Shown here piece by piece: positions 42,701 through 52,439 of a stretch of 64,000 nt of DNA. The notes beneath the pieces were generated by a model that did not search any database, was not told where the DNA came from, and saw nothing but the letters and a program-made list of their open reading frames with translations. The stretch's first letter is position 1. Every line of letters starts with the position of its first letter. The stretch comes from Eukaryota sp. TZLM1-RC (taxonomy: Eukaryota > Protista > Metamonada: BaSk clade), in NCBI GenBank assembly GCA_040285825.1, contig JAUPSS010000004.1, positions 6,229,784 to 6,293,783 of the forward strand, written 5' to 3'. The translations under genes were made by a program, and so were the position numbers.

Positions 42701-45265
42701 GATAACCAGGCTTTTGAAGTGGGTATTCATGGTTTTGATTTAATTTTAAGCAATTTTGTGATGAACTCTTATAAAGAATCAGAGATTTTATCTGTTTTAT
42801 TTATTGATATTGAGATTGGTAACGTTGAGTTAACAATGGAGCCATTTTTCGTGGACCAATGCTTTGTTCAACCACGTGTCTCTCTACTCTCCTCTTCAGA
42901 TGTTCTCACTTCTTTTTATGACAATTCTGTAATTTTTAACAGATTTCGCTGCTGTTTTATACCCAATAATGATTGTTATCTTCCTCTTGAATCAGGCGAA
43001 TACCACATTATTAAATTATCTGGAGAATATTATTTAAAATCAATCTCCATAACAACGAATTCCACTTGTGAAAAACTGTTGGCGACATCACCAATTGAAG
43101 TAGTTGACATTCCTCCCACAAGGAATTTTGATTGTGAATCACTTTTGAATGGTTTTGATGATGCTCTTTTTTGTACCATTGAACTCAATATGGACGGGTT
43201 TTCTGAAATTATTTTGTTAGCTTTGGAAGATGTTCTTTTGTTTGAAGTTGAAGTTTATGGTTATAAGGTCAATAAGTGTTTAATTATAGTAGACAATTTT
43301 ATTGGCCAAACAGTAGTATCAGACATTGTCAATATCACTGGTTATTTTCAGTTAAATGGACACATTTTTACTGAGTTTGAGTCACTTTATTTAGTGATTC
43401 AATCACAACTCAATAATTCTTTGGTTACTTCTCCATTTGTTGTCAATTATTCTTTTATTTCTAGCAGTTGTTATTATGTGGAAACCCCCCTAAGTAAAGT
43501 TATCTCACCAATGGAACCAGCTTTTGTTCATTTGATTAATCATACCGTGATTGCTAAGGATAATTCTTTCACACTCGACTTTCATTGTTTTGATTCCAAT
43601 GATTTCTTTGTAAATTGTTTTAGTAACACAAGCTTTGCCATAGAATTTTGTAGCTTTGATTGGAAATTTATTGAACCATTTTCTTCAAATGCAATTTTCT
43701 TTGTCGAGACTTTTTTTGAACCCGGAGTACAATATTTTACTCTTAGACTGAACAATATTTCAGTAAATATCGACTTTGTCCTGCTGCAAGAAGAGAAGAA
43801 TTTTTTGATGGTTTCAGTACAATCATATATCCAATGTCAACGTTTAAATTTATTTTATAGCAGTTGTACACTTTTGCACACCGTACCAAATTTAATCAGG
43901 CAATACCACCGTTTTAATGAAACTTTGCCCTTAAATCTCAATAATTTGAATGTTATCAGTAGTGCAAATAAGGTGCAAATAACTGTTTTTAATTCAACGC
44001 ATTTAGAAATTGTATTTTTACCTTTGACCAATATCGAAGTTTATTTCCAATTCAACTCTCTTTCTGCTTCTGTTTTGTTTACTACAAACGACTGTGATTC
44101 AACTAGGATGAACCTGAATAACGAATGTCATTGCAAGCCAGGAACAGTTCTTGGTTCTGTAGGGGAATGTGAACCTTGTCAATTGGGTTATTACTTGGAT
44201 GATCCTCTGGTAGGGGAATGTATCAATTGTCCAATAGGTAAAATCACTAAATCAATTGGTTCTTCAAATAGTACTGAATGTGTTTGTCTTAAATCTCAGT
44301 TTGATGATGGAAAAGGTTGTATTAAGTGCCCAAAATTCAGTATTTGTGAATATGGTGAGTTAGCAACTGTTTCAAATGGTTATAAGTTTACCCTCGAAAC
44401 AGGATCAATTTCATGTCCTTATAGGTATTCATGTAGAAATAACCAATGTCGATTTAATACAAAAGGAATTGATTGTACTGAGTGTATTGAAGGGACCAAA
44501 AGGTATGGGTTTGTTTGTATTGGAACAGGTTTTCCATTGATTTTACAAATAGTAACCTTTATTTTTCTCATTTGCTGTTTGTTTTTTTCAGAATTTTTAC
44601 TCAGAAAATCACAATCTAAATATAAGAAAGTCTATAATGTACACTTACTACCGTCTCTGGAATCATCAGTCGCGACAGCTATTGCAAGGTCCAAGGGCCA
44701 AGTAGTTTGTCCCCTGAGAATAGTAATGATCTTGTCTATATTGTTAAACCAAAATGTATTGCTGGTTACTGTACCATTTTCAATTACTGCTTCTCTATTT
44801 GGATTACGATTTGGGTTTTCTTTATCAATTCTCACTTTTCTGTTGTTTTTTTCTTTTTGCAGAACACTGTTAAAGCATCAGTTTTCTTTTAGTAATTCTT
44901 ATTATGTACACTTTTGCTTAATACTTTCGTATTTAGGGTTGGTGAGTAAACACTTTTACTCTTTCTTTGACGTCGACCTTTTTTTGTTAATTGGAGTTTT
45001 CACTTCTTGTTTCATCTTAATTATCAAAGAACAACCAATGTATGATCTTGCACGATCGGCCATTTTATTGATAGTTTTTCTTCAATTGACATTACTTAGA
45101 ATTTCATTTACGATTCAATTGAGTATTCAAACTGTTTTTTTTCTGACACTTGTTTCTTTTTCTGCAGTTCAAAATACCATTATTTCATTAATTGGGGTTT
45201 TTCTTAGCACAACGTTCATTTTAAATCATGTGTTCTCCTCCACTTTTTTAGACTTTTTCGACTAA
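36779..45265 (+). CDS. Very large secreted/membrane protein: signal peptide, RCC1 repeats, beta-helix-like region, IPT/TIG-like domains, Cys-rich repeats, multi-TM C-terminus
   Basis: WGxNxYGQLG RCC1 repeats; GTNEDCCGTASVPCLSL; NGTNLG and NGSNF IPT-like motifs; CxxCxxG repeats; about 7 or more hydrophobic C-terminal segments. Confidence 0.8.
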   Translation: MLVDLLFTMFLVSIITIGSSQDVSLVSPNHSSQTFYWSCETTWGDTMPVSTSTVFANGKGKNPILVVDENPSFHSLHLSGLTLRLKVTEILINGLLTLDNVHLESTTDKPPILMIHSLYLTTFADFVSIVATITDSGRISGQLHLTNSQLRVEKDAVITIDHPPIFKPLAWGDGSDGKTGTGFTENHGVLEVATEEKFVSISGSAYHTLGITSEGTLFAWGKNNYGQLGLDDTISRNLPTQVALDNIVQVSAGYRFSLARDRDNFVYAWGSNQHGRLGLGYDDDKGITFIDLPEKIENLVNVIDISTSSSHSLAVLDNGEVMAWGRGHQGQLGEDNIVNRNAPVNVLVSPNTVKVKAGRFFSFFLTSEGYLLSTGWNSLGQLCLGDSDNRLIPEFISNYDSFMVSQVSVGDEFTIFLTSEGVVYSCGRVVGRSTAFYSPLFPGIVQGLGRIRSIACGHDVGFAVDFNNVLFEFTLDQEEASPNTETEDWEVGRVFTGRYQFFLSQAEFSSVSGDEFSKIENFGLIENISGYTFNIDLPLSIHSSGAIYSDHGGLEFDKETILSGTIETISEFMVWIQGNLLMQSGCLITESLALNLGYSAISGDGTIRSNLENFGTINPTAEIQVTKNLILRETSRLEFNNQIGNTALLNIQETLNLKGYLDVNFSFQRLESFDSFQLLVFNSADGDFDQVTINCQSFFDYEFGSNGFTIFAINEIIPDLNQISFISPSGTNEDCCGTASVPCLSLSKIIERMGYYGVVYFEEGEYNEINFDVGLIGVDFEFRKASNFEANLVVSTEISCFNSSLLFENMNLNISFINHFIFGTISNITLKFVSVSFNNIFGSLITLKNSSFHLLNSSPIGSSTFLTSTSSKVEISDMVFYNFPTKSFNFENSTVIFDAVKFSETKNSPLDSNSLIYALRTKLTFSKFIVHNAEICLIEADKSDVYFVNIVFINSTASPFVHITDSIVEFTNINVTELLGQFISADNSYLIFNNSNFDTVSSVLPLISVVSSDLFSIDFYINNAELSALIESQCSSLEFLNANLEQIQLIEGNLFSTNSSFASFQNLSMQGNVFNSIPNVFICSNLNTILNFLNSSIEIHNSTLSGCLIDQVFSFDVFFQDSIIFFSKISHHLTFTDLNLEHSTLYLDTNYSTLINSLKIDSKSLILGNGKYLNLDFVFDRLDIIQECISTQSFLIDFEFLFAELIEEFIIIEPFHSEFISLSWWSNFSLLILENNFPISPSSSFIDITFSIPLINVNQIYSQQLCPPQISFPSSSTKGGFFSVNGTNLGHKPLFVSSTTIDLIVQSGPFKHDRFELLIPPGSGCHEVKVKRSLDNILTFWTFCYQAPFIESVMPNRFQLHDFIYINGSNFFINETLLDLSFGNSVIDFVVSVINHDQILLKISNLCNPTIGQVPLFIVISNQPSNVYFLDFEFTDYELLPSILFPLDHELSINLEMELDLTSLSSCNDMEIAGNTPLNWTISPPTQLELTFSLIGIDIFQFIIHLSSDYFKLVEILVIDFAVDSLEYACLTNQICLMSISVNHDTIDVSKYKPVSGSSGLVVLDYLYTDNNCVNVSVVFKDLNSNNDLSLCTNNYCNSFIHLPKILDFDSLLPNQVQFEYKHTEASLTLTGENFDQFDDEFWAKSFKFSSNHFKFSDIKANSLTITTFFDKVGNETLQYIGFGQAIDIFSVVCDDFLEIPPVHFNNSQVVLFSRYTYSSLSLFVNNQIFSVFPGQNSMFLTTQALYIMYNNHIKSQLIKLDHIDEILLVNSLYQFQIDLLHQDLEVDLSTSNHCLISFSVQGSQLIFTVIGTVVEICVVEFQVDHQQSFVKKNVKFFIVDQPMVKILERNYFSSLENITFTILLRFDLACIDTHYFHIQNALVDSNRTSLVKYDGFCFQEFLIYLPYHGLNLSEPIFNIALFWNSTLFYPQLVTELQIFNVDLFSNSTLSVFEPRDIIVSVNVQFNDSITFLIDNQAFEVGIHGFDLILSNFVMNSYKESEILSVLFIDIEIGNVELTMEPFFVDQCFVQPRVSLLSSSDVLTSFYDNSVIFNRFRCCFIPNNDCYLPLESGEYHIIKLSGEYYLKSISITTNSTCEKLLATSPIEVVDIPPTRNFDCESLLNGFDDALFCTIELNMDGFSEIILLALEDVLLFEVEVYGYKVNKCLIIVDNFIGQTVVSDIVNITGYFQLNGHIFTEFESLYLVIQSQLNNSLVTSPFVVNYSFISSSCYYVETPLSKVISPMEPAFVHLINHTVIAKDNSFTLDFHCFDSNDFFVNCFSNTSFAIEFCSFDWKFIEPFSSNAIFFVETFFEPGVQYFTLRLNNISVNIDFVLLQEEKNFLMVSVQSYIQCQRLNLFYSSCTLLHTVPNLIRQYHRFNETLPLNLNNLNVISSANKVQITVFNSTHLEIVFLPLTNIEVYFQFNSLSASVLFTTNDCDSTRMNLNNECHCKPGTVLGSVGECEPCQLGYYLDDPLVGECINCPIGKITKSIGSSNSTECVCLKSQFDDGKGCIKCPKFSICEYGELATVSNGYKFTLETGSISCPYRYSCRNNQCRFNTKGIDCTECIEGTKRYGFVCIGTGFPLILQIVTFIFLICCLFFSEFLLRKSQSKYKKVYNVHLLPSLESSVATAIARSKGQVVCPLRIVMILSILLNQNVLLVTVPFSITASLFGLRFGFSLSILTFLLFFSFCRTLLKHQFSFSNSYYVHFCLILSYLGLVSKHFYSFFDVDLFLLIGVFTSCFILIIKEQPMYDLARSAILLIVFLQLTLLRISFTIQLSIQTVFFLTLVSFSAVQNTIISLIGVFLSTTFILNHVFSSTFLDFFD

Positions 45266-45399
45266 TTTTTTTGTAATTTTTTTGCAATTTTCTTCAAAAA
45301 AAAGAAAATTCTTTGTAAATATTGTAACTAATTGAGTAATCTGTTTTTCACTTTCTACATATCAATCCGAAGTTGAACTTCAAAAATAAATTACTAAAA

Positions 45400-47470
45400 G
45401 ATCTTTTGAAAAGGATAAAACAATTATTTTCAACAGTTAGTTGTTTTGAAAATTGGTTTTCCACTTGAACTACTGTTTGCCTGATTGACTGCTCTAGTTA
45501 AACCAGGCAATGGCACTAAACCTGATGATAAACGTCCCATTGCCGTTGAAGAATGTTTATATCGTTTGTTAGCATCGATTGTGTTTGATCGTGTCAAAGA
45601 CAAAGCTTCTAAATTTTCAAATCTCCATCAACTTGCAGTAAAAACAATTGATAATGCTTCTGTTGCTGCTCTTGCCTCGGACACTTTTTTACATCCACAA
45701 AATCATAATTTTATATTTAATCTTGACTTCGAAAATGCTTTCAATTCAGTGAAACGAACAGCAATTTTTGATGTAACTAAATCTGCTTTTCCTAGCTTTC
45801 CAGTTTTTCATCCACATTTGTGGTGAGGATATATCCTTGATTTTTCATTTGATTTGCTGCAATTGGTAGCTAAAGAAATTTTCGATTCAGGCGAAAATAT
45901 TGGGCTCAAATGCTTTTTGATTGGCTCTTCTACTCATGACCCTGTCATTACTAAGTCTGTTGTCCCATTTACTAATTATAATACAGATGCTTCAAATTTC
46001 TTTGTTGGTGGATAGGAATTGTGCCTCAAATTCTGAATGAATTACAAGATAATTTGGGAAAAAATTTTTTAACTAGACTCAATTTCTGCTTTGGATTTAA
46101 AAAAACATATCAAGTTTCTCATGCTTTAAATTTGTGATTCTGGAAGAATAACCCACATCTTGAGTTCTTCAGCTTCTTCCATTGCTTTTAATTTTTGTCG
46201 ATCCTTTAATTCCATGAGGAAAGCATGCTTTGCAGATGTATAGGATGCAGATCCAGGATTGTTGAAAAGTGCTTTATTTTTGGCAGTTAATTTTGGAGGT
46301 ATTGGAGTCGCAAAATCCTCGATTTTGTGTCAATCAGTTTTTTTGGGTGGAAGTAAAAATTTTATTTATGAATTTTCACGTACATTTCCTGAAGATTCTC
46401 TTGTGTTAGATCTAAATACCAGTCCGTATTTGAATCAGTGATCTTTTGAGCTTGAAAGATTGCCACCGCAAGTCTGGACCAAATGGTTCCCCCAATCAAT
46501 TCAAGAAATTCACATCGATTTCTTTGCATTTTGCAGTTTTGCAGTAAACAAATTCCGCAAAAATTTTCAAAGATTCTCGAAAGCATGAAATTTGACCCTG
46601 TACTTGGCCTTTCTAACAAAACAATCGCGTTTTTGCAAATCTTTTACAAGATATGTGTGATTGTATGTCTTCCGCTTTAGTAACAACCATGCCTCAAGTT
46701 TATGGCACTCTGTTAACTTATTCTGCTTGGAGTTTGAATAAGAGACTTCGTTCCTTTATCTGGCCTGATAATGTACATCTTATTTTAATATGCAAATGTA
46801 GTTGAAAAAATACAATTACTCATTTGTTAAATTGTAAACATTTTATTACTTTTAAAAGCAAGGTTCATGATGCTGTAAGAGACAAATTCTACGTGCAAAA
46901 GTCTATGTGCAAGTCTCATAGAATTGAATCTTTTTTGGAACCTCTGTTGTCAAATCTGTTTGATGCAGAAGTCGCTCTTCATAAGAATAATAGAGGTGAT
47001 GTAATATTACCTGGATAAGATGGAAGCTTCATTTTACTGGATGTTATATCTGTTAATCCTTGTAATGCCTCAAATGAAAGGCTTGTTAATTCTGAAATTC
47101 ATAATCCTCTTTCAAATGCTGAAAATTTCAAAATCAAAAAATACAATGAACCCTTGTCCAAATTGGCCAGTCAACAGCATGCAAAATACAATTTGTATCC
47201 ATTTGTATTTTCTCTTTTTGGTTCACTTGCTCCAACGGCTTTACGTTTTTTGGCAGATTTTGAATTGATTGTAAAGAGAAGAACTGGCAGAAATTTCAAC
47301 AGATTGTTTTGGCAAAATAGAATTGTGTTTTCTATTTTTAAGGGGATGTTGAAGATGGTTTCTGATGCTTTGCTTTCTCTTGGATCTCACTATGAGAGAG
47401 TTGCAGCTAGTGTTTTTGTTTTGAGAGAGATGGATTATTTAGATGTTGATTTATAGGTTTTTAATAAAAT
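45400..47470 (+). mobile_element. CRE-like non-LTR retrotransposon relic, family R2 (RT, Zn knuckle, RLE)
   Basis: KRPIAVEECLYRL, LDFENAFNSV, FGGIG, HDAVRD, NRGDV and WQNRIVFS motifs, ending MDYLDVDL*; many frameshifts. Confidence 0.85.
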
Positions 47471-47719
47471 TTAATAAAACAATATTATTTAGGAAAAGAT
47501 AAAATATATTAATAATAGAGAACATTATGTGTAGTCGTAATGTTGAAATGTCCCAAATCAGCAAGAATCTTTGAATTAAAATCTTGATAAAGCTCCATTA
47601 GATAATGATTTCTCTGATTCGTATTTTAATGAAAGAACCCATAATAACCAGTTGTAATGAAAACTTGGGCAAGCACACAATTATAACATTCTTTATAAAT
47701 AAAAAATACCACAGAATAA

Positions 47720-50700
47720 CTAAAGACCATAAAGTTGACAAACACTGTCACGAAAAGCTGTTTGTTCAAAAGTATTAGCATCAAACTTTTCTTTTTTCAA
47801 CTTGGACACAGCTTGATCGAATTCTTTGAAGGTTTCTTCGTGATTTGGAAGTAATTTTCTGCTATCAATTACTGGTTCATAACCTTGTTTTACCAAAAGA
47901 GCTAGAAAATTCGACAGTTCAGCAAAGGACTGACCACAAACTTCCAGGCGCAAAATACAATCTGTCCATAGCAAAGATTCTACATGGCGATCATGATCAA
48001 CAGTGACCAGGTCCATACCACAAAGATTTGCTATGTGTGAAATTGTATAAAGATGGCCCCCAGAGTCTGCAACTCTGACTGAAAAACAAAGAACTTTTCC
48101 CAAAGTTCGGAGACCATGGTTATACACATTGAACAAATTAAGCAAATCAATGTTAGAGCCACTGAGGATAGAAGCAATACGTTCACCTGGTTTACGTTCA
48201 AATTTGTTGAAAAGTAGAGCAGCAAAGGCAAGAGCACCAGCACCTTCAGTCATGGTTCTGGTGTGCTTCAATACATGAGAAATAGTAGCAATAATTTCAT
48301 TTTCCTCAACAGTAACAATCTCATCTAGACATTTTCGCAGTATATCATTGACATAGGGAAGTTTGACATTGCAGCCATCTGCTATAGTGGTTGTAGTCTT
48401 TGGAATGTAGCGAAGTGTACCATCAGAAATGAAGTTCTTTAAAGGAGATACTCTTTCAGCTTGAACCCCAACCACTCTTATTTCTCTACCATTTCTTCTT
48501 GCCCATTCTTTGGTGTAAAGTGCAGTTGCTGTGGCTAGTCCGCCGCCCCCAATGTTAACAACAACAGTATCCACACCTTCAGGATGTTGCTCAAAGAATG
48601 AATGGATAAGAGTTCCCTGACCTTCAATTACAGATGGTTGGTTAAACGGATGAATTAACAAAGCCCCATTAGGAAGAGCTTTGTTGAGGCGACGAACGAA
48701 TTCCTTTGTGAATTCCATGGCAGATTCAAAGGAAGAGCCATGCTTTGTGACAGTGGCCCCCAGAGAAATGCACGATTGAAGTTTGGTTTGTGGAGCGTAC
48801 ATAGGAACAATAATCTCAGCAGGAATTCCAAACTTTTTAGAAATTGAAGCAACACCCTGAGCATGATTACCGGCAGAGCAAGCAACGATAAGGTCGGGAT
48901 GATGGTGATTCTCAAGGTAACGAAGAGCATAGTTGGAAGAACCTCGAACCTTAAAGGAACCAGTACGTTGTAAATTATCAAACAATAAATAAGCTTCAGA
49001 ATTTAATATTTTCGAATAAGTATTACATTTTGTGATAAAAGTTTCATCAACTGCATCGTTTGAGAGGAGCCTGCAATAAGCTTCCTTGATACTGTCCAGG
49101 GTGACGTCACTGAGATGGCGATCTTCCACACCAACCTCTTCACTTCCAATGTCTCCTTCTGCAATGGCTTGTTCAGTTTCAGCTCTTACGCGGTTGATGA
49201 CGTCACCAATATCGTCATGCAAGATGTTCTTTTCTTCCATTTTTGATGGTGGGAGAGGAGATTGATGATTGGGAGGAGAATAAATGGGATTAGCAAGACC
49301 ACGTATGGTGACGTCATTTTCAGTTAACTGATTGATTGCATTCTTGAAGTGATTGGTGCAAGTAACACGAACAGTAAGTTTTAGCTGAATAAAAGAAGAG
49401 AGGTTATGATTTTGAATCTTTAAATCATGAATAATAATCGAGTTATCAGCTAATACTCCCAAAAAAGTATTCAACATTCCTGAATCTTTAGCAAACGTCG
49501 CGTCAAAAGATCTGAAATGACCCATTAATTCCAATCCTTTCTCCAACCTGATACCTACTCCATAAGGCTCAACGGTACCTCCAGTAAGGAGCACAGCAGT
49601 AACAGTATCATCACCACATTGAGTTTGGGGTAAGTGAAACAACGAAGCAATAGCAGCGGCTCCCTTTGAGGAGACATGGGCTTTGACATGACGGAGAGTG
49701 GTGCACCATCCCATTAAGCAATCGGTATTGGCTTTAACTTGAATAATTGAAGAAACAAGAGACGTGTTTAAAAGAAAACAAGTGGAAAATGGTGATTTGC
49801 TGTTGAACTGTTCAATCATAAAAGATTGGCAGTTTGCAATCAAATCACAAAACTCAGTTCGTGAACATTGATCGGGAAAGTCGATTAAAACATTATCACC
49901 AAACTTGACAGCAACTCGCCTCACGTCATCATAGGTCAAAAAAGAACTTGATTTGATTGTTCTCCATCTATAGAAAACCCTATTAGGTGAAAGATCGTCA
50001 GTGTTATTTACCAAATAATCCCCAGCATTAGAGTTGTTAAACAATGAATCCTCTCCATCATCTTGTACCATCTCAGCTCCCATTACCGAACAATCCAAAC
50101 CAGCAGACCTTACGTAGAGAGAACAGGCAATCATGGTGAGATCAAAGGGGTCATTGCTATTGATAGGCACGACTAAGGAAGAAAGAGACTTTGAAAGAGT
50201 CTTGGTTTGAGAAAAGGTTTCAGCGGCAATAGTGGCAAGTGCAATGATGGCTTGTTGCTTCATGTGCTTGCCATCAATGTAAACCACATTAGGCATAGTT
50301 AGGTGCTCAGCGATCTTGGAATGCATTTCATCAATATCAACAAAAACGATATTGACTTCGGGGAGGTGAGTCTTAATGTTGTCAATGGCGAAAATAATGT
50401 AGAGAGATACATCACCAGCAGGGAGGAGTATCGTAGAACTAGCTCCTAAATGAGAGGCAGTGAAAACGAGTTGTTGTAGGTAGAGAGCAACATTTGATTG
50501 ATGTTGGTGTGGAGCAAACAAAAAACAAGTTTCAGTTCCCACTTTGCTCAATCCACACTCCAAGGCAGTGGAGATTAGGATGCCAGCAAACTGACGGATG
50601 GCTACATCGCCATTTTGTTGAATGTTTTCTAGCTTGACGACAGACTTGACACCTGTTTCTATGTCTAGAAGAGGGTAGGATCGAAGAGGGGTGTTGTGTA

Positions 50701-50920
50701 TGTGAGGTGTGAGGAAACTGTGAAGCTTATCAACAGTAGAAACGAAGTCAATCTTACCAGTATGATCACGAGAAACCAGCTTGTCTGATAACTGATCAAA
50801 ATGAGATAGCATCCCATCAATGGATGAACTTTCGGGTTCGGGACTCTGCTGACGAGGAACTTTCTTGGGTGATAACTGGTCAGTATTATTGCCTAAAAGA
50901 TAGGACTGACGTGTTTTCAT
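47720..50920 (-). CDS. Threonine ammonia-lyase (dehydratase) with tandem PALP-ACT duplication
   Basis: C-terminal unit has NLQRTGSFKVRG (PLP Lys), SAGNHAQG, HPFN...GQGT, GGGGL, TIADG and SGSNID; the N-terminal unit is degenerate (KLENIQQNGDVAIRQ). Confidence 0.85.
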   Translation of the reverse strand: MKTRQSYLLGNNTDQLSPKKVPRQQSPEPESSSIDGMLSHFDQLSDKLVSRDHTGKIDFVSTVDKLHSFLTPHIHNTPLRSYPLLDIETGVKSVVKLENIQQNGDVAIRQFAGILISTALECGLSKVGTETCFLFAPHQHQSNVALYLQQLVFTASHLGASSTILLPAGDVSLYIIFAIDNIKTHLPEVNIVFVDIDEMHSKIAEHLTMPNVVYIDGKHMKQQAIIALATIAAETFSQTKTLSKSLSSLVVPINSNDPFDLTMIACSLYVRSAGLDCSVMGAEMVQDDGEDSLFNNSNAGDYLVNNTDDLSPNRVFYRWRTIKSSSFLTYDDVRRVAVKFGDNVLIDFPDQCSRTEFCDLIANCQSFMIEQFNSKSPFSTCFLLNTSLVSSIIQVKANTDCLMGWCTTLRHVKAHVSSKGAAAIASLFHLPQTQCGDDTVTAVLLTGGTVEPYGVGIRLEKGLELMGHFRSFDATFAKDSGMLNTFLGVLADNSIIIHDLKIQNHNLSSFIQLKLTVRVTCTNHFKNAINQLTENDVTIRGLANPIYSPPNHQSPLPPSKMEEKNILHDDIGDVINRVRAETEQAIAEGDIGSEEVGVEDRHLSDVTLDSIKEAYCRLLSNDAVDETFITKCNTYSKILNSEAYLLFDNLQRTGSFKVRGSSNYALRYLENHHHPDLIVACSAGNHAQGVASISKKFGIPAEIIVPMYAPQTKLQSCISLGATVTKHGSSFESAMEFTKEFVRRLNKALPNGALLIHPFNQPSVIEGQGTLIHSFFEQHPEGVDTVVVNIGGGGLATATALYTKEWARRNGREIRVVGVQAERVSPLKNFISDGTLRYIPKTTTTIADGCNVKLPYVNDILRKCLDEIVTVEENEIIATISHVLKHTRTMTEGAGALAFAALLFNKFERKPGERIASILSGSNIDLLNLFNVYNHGLRTLGKVLCFSVRVADSGGHLYTISHIANLCGMDLVTVDHDRHVESLLWTDCILRLEVCGQSFAELSNFLALLVKQGYEPVIDSRKLLPNHEETFKEFDQAVSKLKKEKFDANTFEQTAFRDSVCQLYGL

Positions 50921-51099
50921 CACGAACAGGATATGATCTTATTAATATACGTTTCAGTTGATCAGTCATAGGACATGTCAGTAATCTGTCAAAAATGTCG
51001 CATGTTGATAAAAAAATTCTAGACCTAACAACAATTAGGTAAGAGAAGAAACACAAGTGTAAGCAAACAATATTGAGGGGAAGGGGACTGTATTTTGTA

Positions 51100-52050
51100 G
51101 ATCCATACAAATGTAAATGCCATTCATCTGTATTTCCCGAGATAAGAATTAGATCAGGTCTTAACTCAGTCCCAATGCAAGGAAAATACACATAATGATT
51201 TGCGTGGTAACGTAAATCGGAGTAAACATCATAATACACTCGGAAGTAAGAGGTTAACAAAACTATTTAAAATTGAATCATGTCTCCAGTTAGGTCTGTT
51301 GTGTATTGAAGGGATTTGATAACTTGAACAATTGCATAAAATGTCACACAAGATTGCTGGTCCAGATTGATATTATGAGAACCCAGGAGACAAAAGTATA
51401 GATCCATCAGGCATTTTCCGATGAATTTTCCATCGATAAAGGTTATCAGCAGTAGGTGATACATTCAAGGAAGAACTTATTGTAAACTTAATGATTCTAG
51501 GATGTAGATCAATTAACATGCACAACCAATGTTGATCAGCGTTCATTTTTTCGGTGGTAATATAACATTGTTCATTCAAGTTTGTACTTTACACTCCATC
51601 AATGTGTCGATTCTTCATTGAACTTCATCATTTTTAAATTTGGAAAGTATTTTCTTACGAATTTGGGTATTTGTCAATCGATTTCTGTCTTCTACCGATA
51701 ATGAAAATTTCTCCAACTTTTCAATTGAATTAAATTTCCATTTCCTTTTAGATCATTTTTGTTTCAATATTTTAAATAAAGTTCTCAAATGAGGATGAAA
51801 AGTATTTTGCAAAATGTGATATTTCTGAATTTGACATTATACAATAAGATAAGATCAGGAAAGCCAAGACCACCCTTACATTTGGGTCAATACAAATAAT
51901 ACACATTGGCAGTTCTGGTGACACCTAGCCATGACTTCAGCGTTTTACTCAATGGCGATGCTATGGTGGTTTCAATTGACTTTTACATTCTTATTTTGAA
52001 ACAATATTCGAAACATATTCAAATTCTATGCAGAAGATGAACACCAGCAA
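51100..52050 (-). mobile_element. Relic of a different RLE-type non-LTR retrotransposon (R2/R4/HERO-like)
   Basis: LKSWLGVTRTANVYYLY*PKCKGGLGFPDL thumb motif and FPCIGTELRPDLILI RLE motif. Confidence 0.6.
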
Positions 52051-52242
52051 CACAAATCAATCATGGATTGAGACTGGTAAGTTATTTGAGAAAATCAGTG
52101 AGGAGACCTGATATTATGGACAATTATTAAACAAACATTGGTTTACTATTTTTTGCCCGGACAGAAATGAAGAAATAAGTCTTTATCAAGTATATCTTTG
52201 TCATTACATCATACACTTTTCTTTTCGAAGGAAAATGCAGAA

Positions 52243-52314
52243 GCGATTGTAGTATAATGGTAAGTACTCTCCGTTGTGGCCGGGGTGATCCAGGTTCGAT
52301 TCCTGGCAATCGCA
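52243..52314 (+). tRNA. tRNA-His(GTG)
   Basis: Acceptor stem GCGATTG/CAATCGC, D loop TAATGGTA, anticodon arm CTCCG-TTGTGGC-CGGGG, T arm CCAGG-TTCGATT-CCTGG; A73; G-1 is not encoded. Confidence 0.95.
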
Positions 52315-52439
52315 AATGTACATTTTGAATCTTCCCAAAATCCTCTATTTGAGCTTTTACAATACAATTGAACAATTATTGGAACAGTAAAGAAGGTATT
52401 CAACAATGGACTCTTGTTTTGTTAAAATATATTTGCTTA

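Noticed and set aside
52127-52406. Minus-strand ORFs 52127-52375 and 52209-52406
   Set aside because: They are antisense shadows of the tRNA-His gene.
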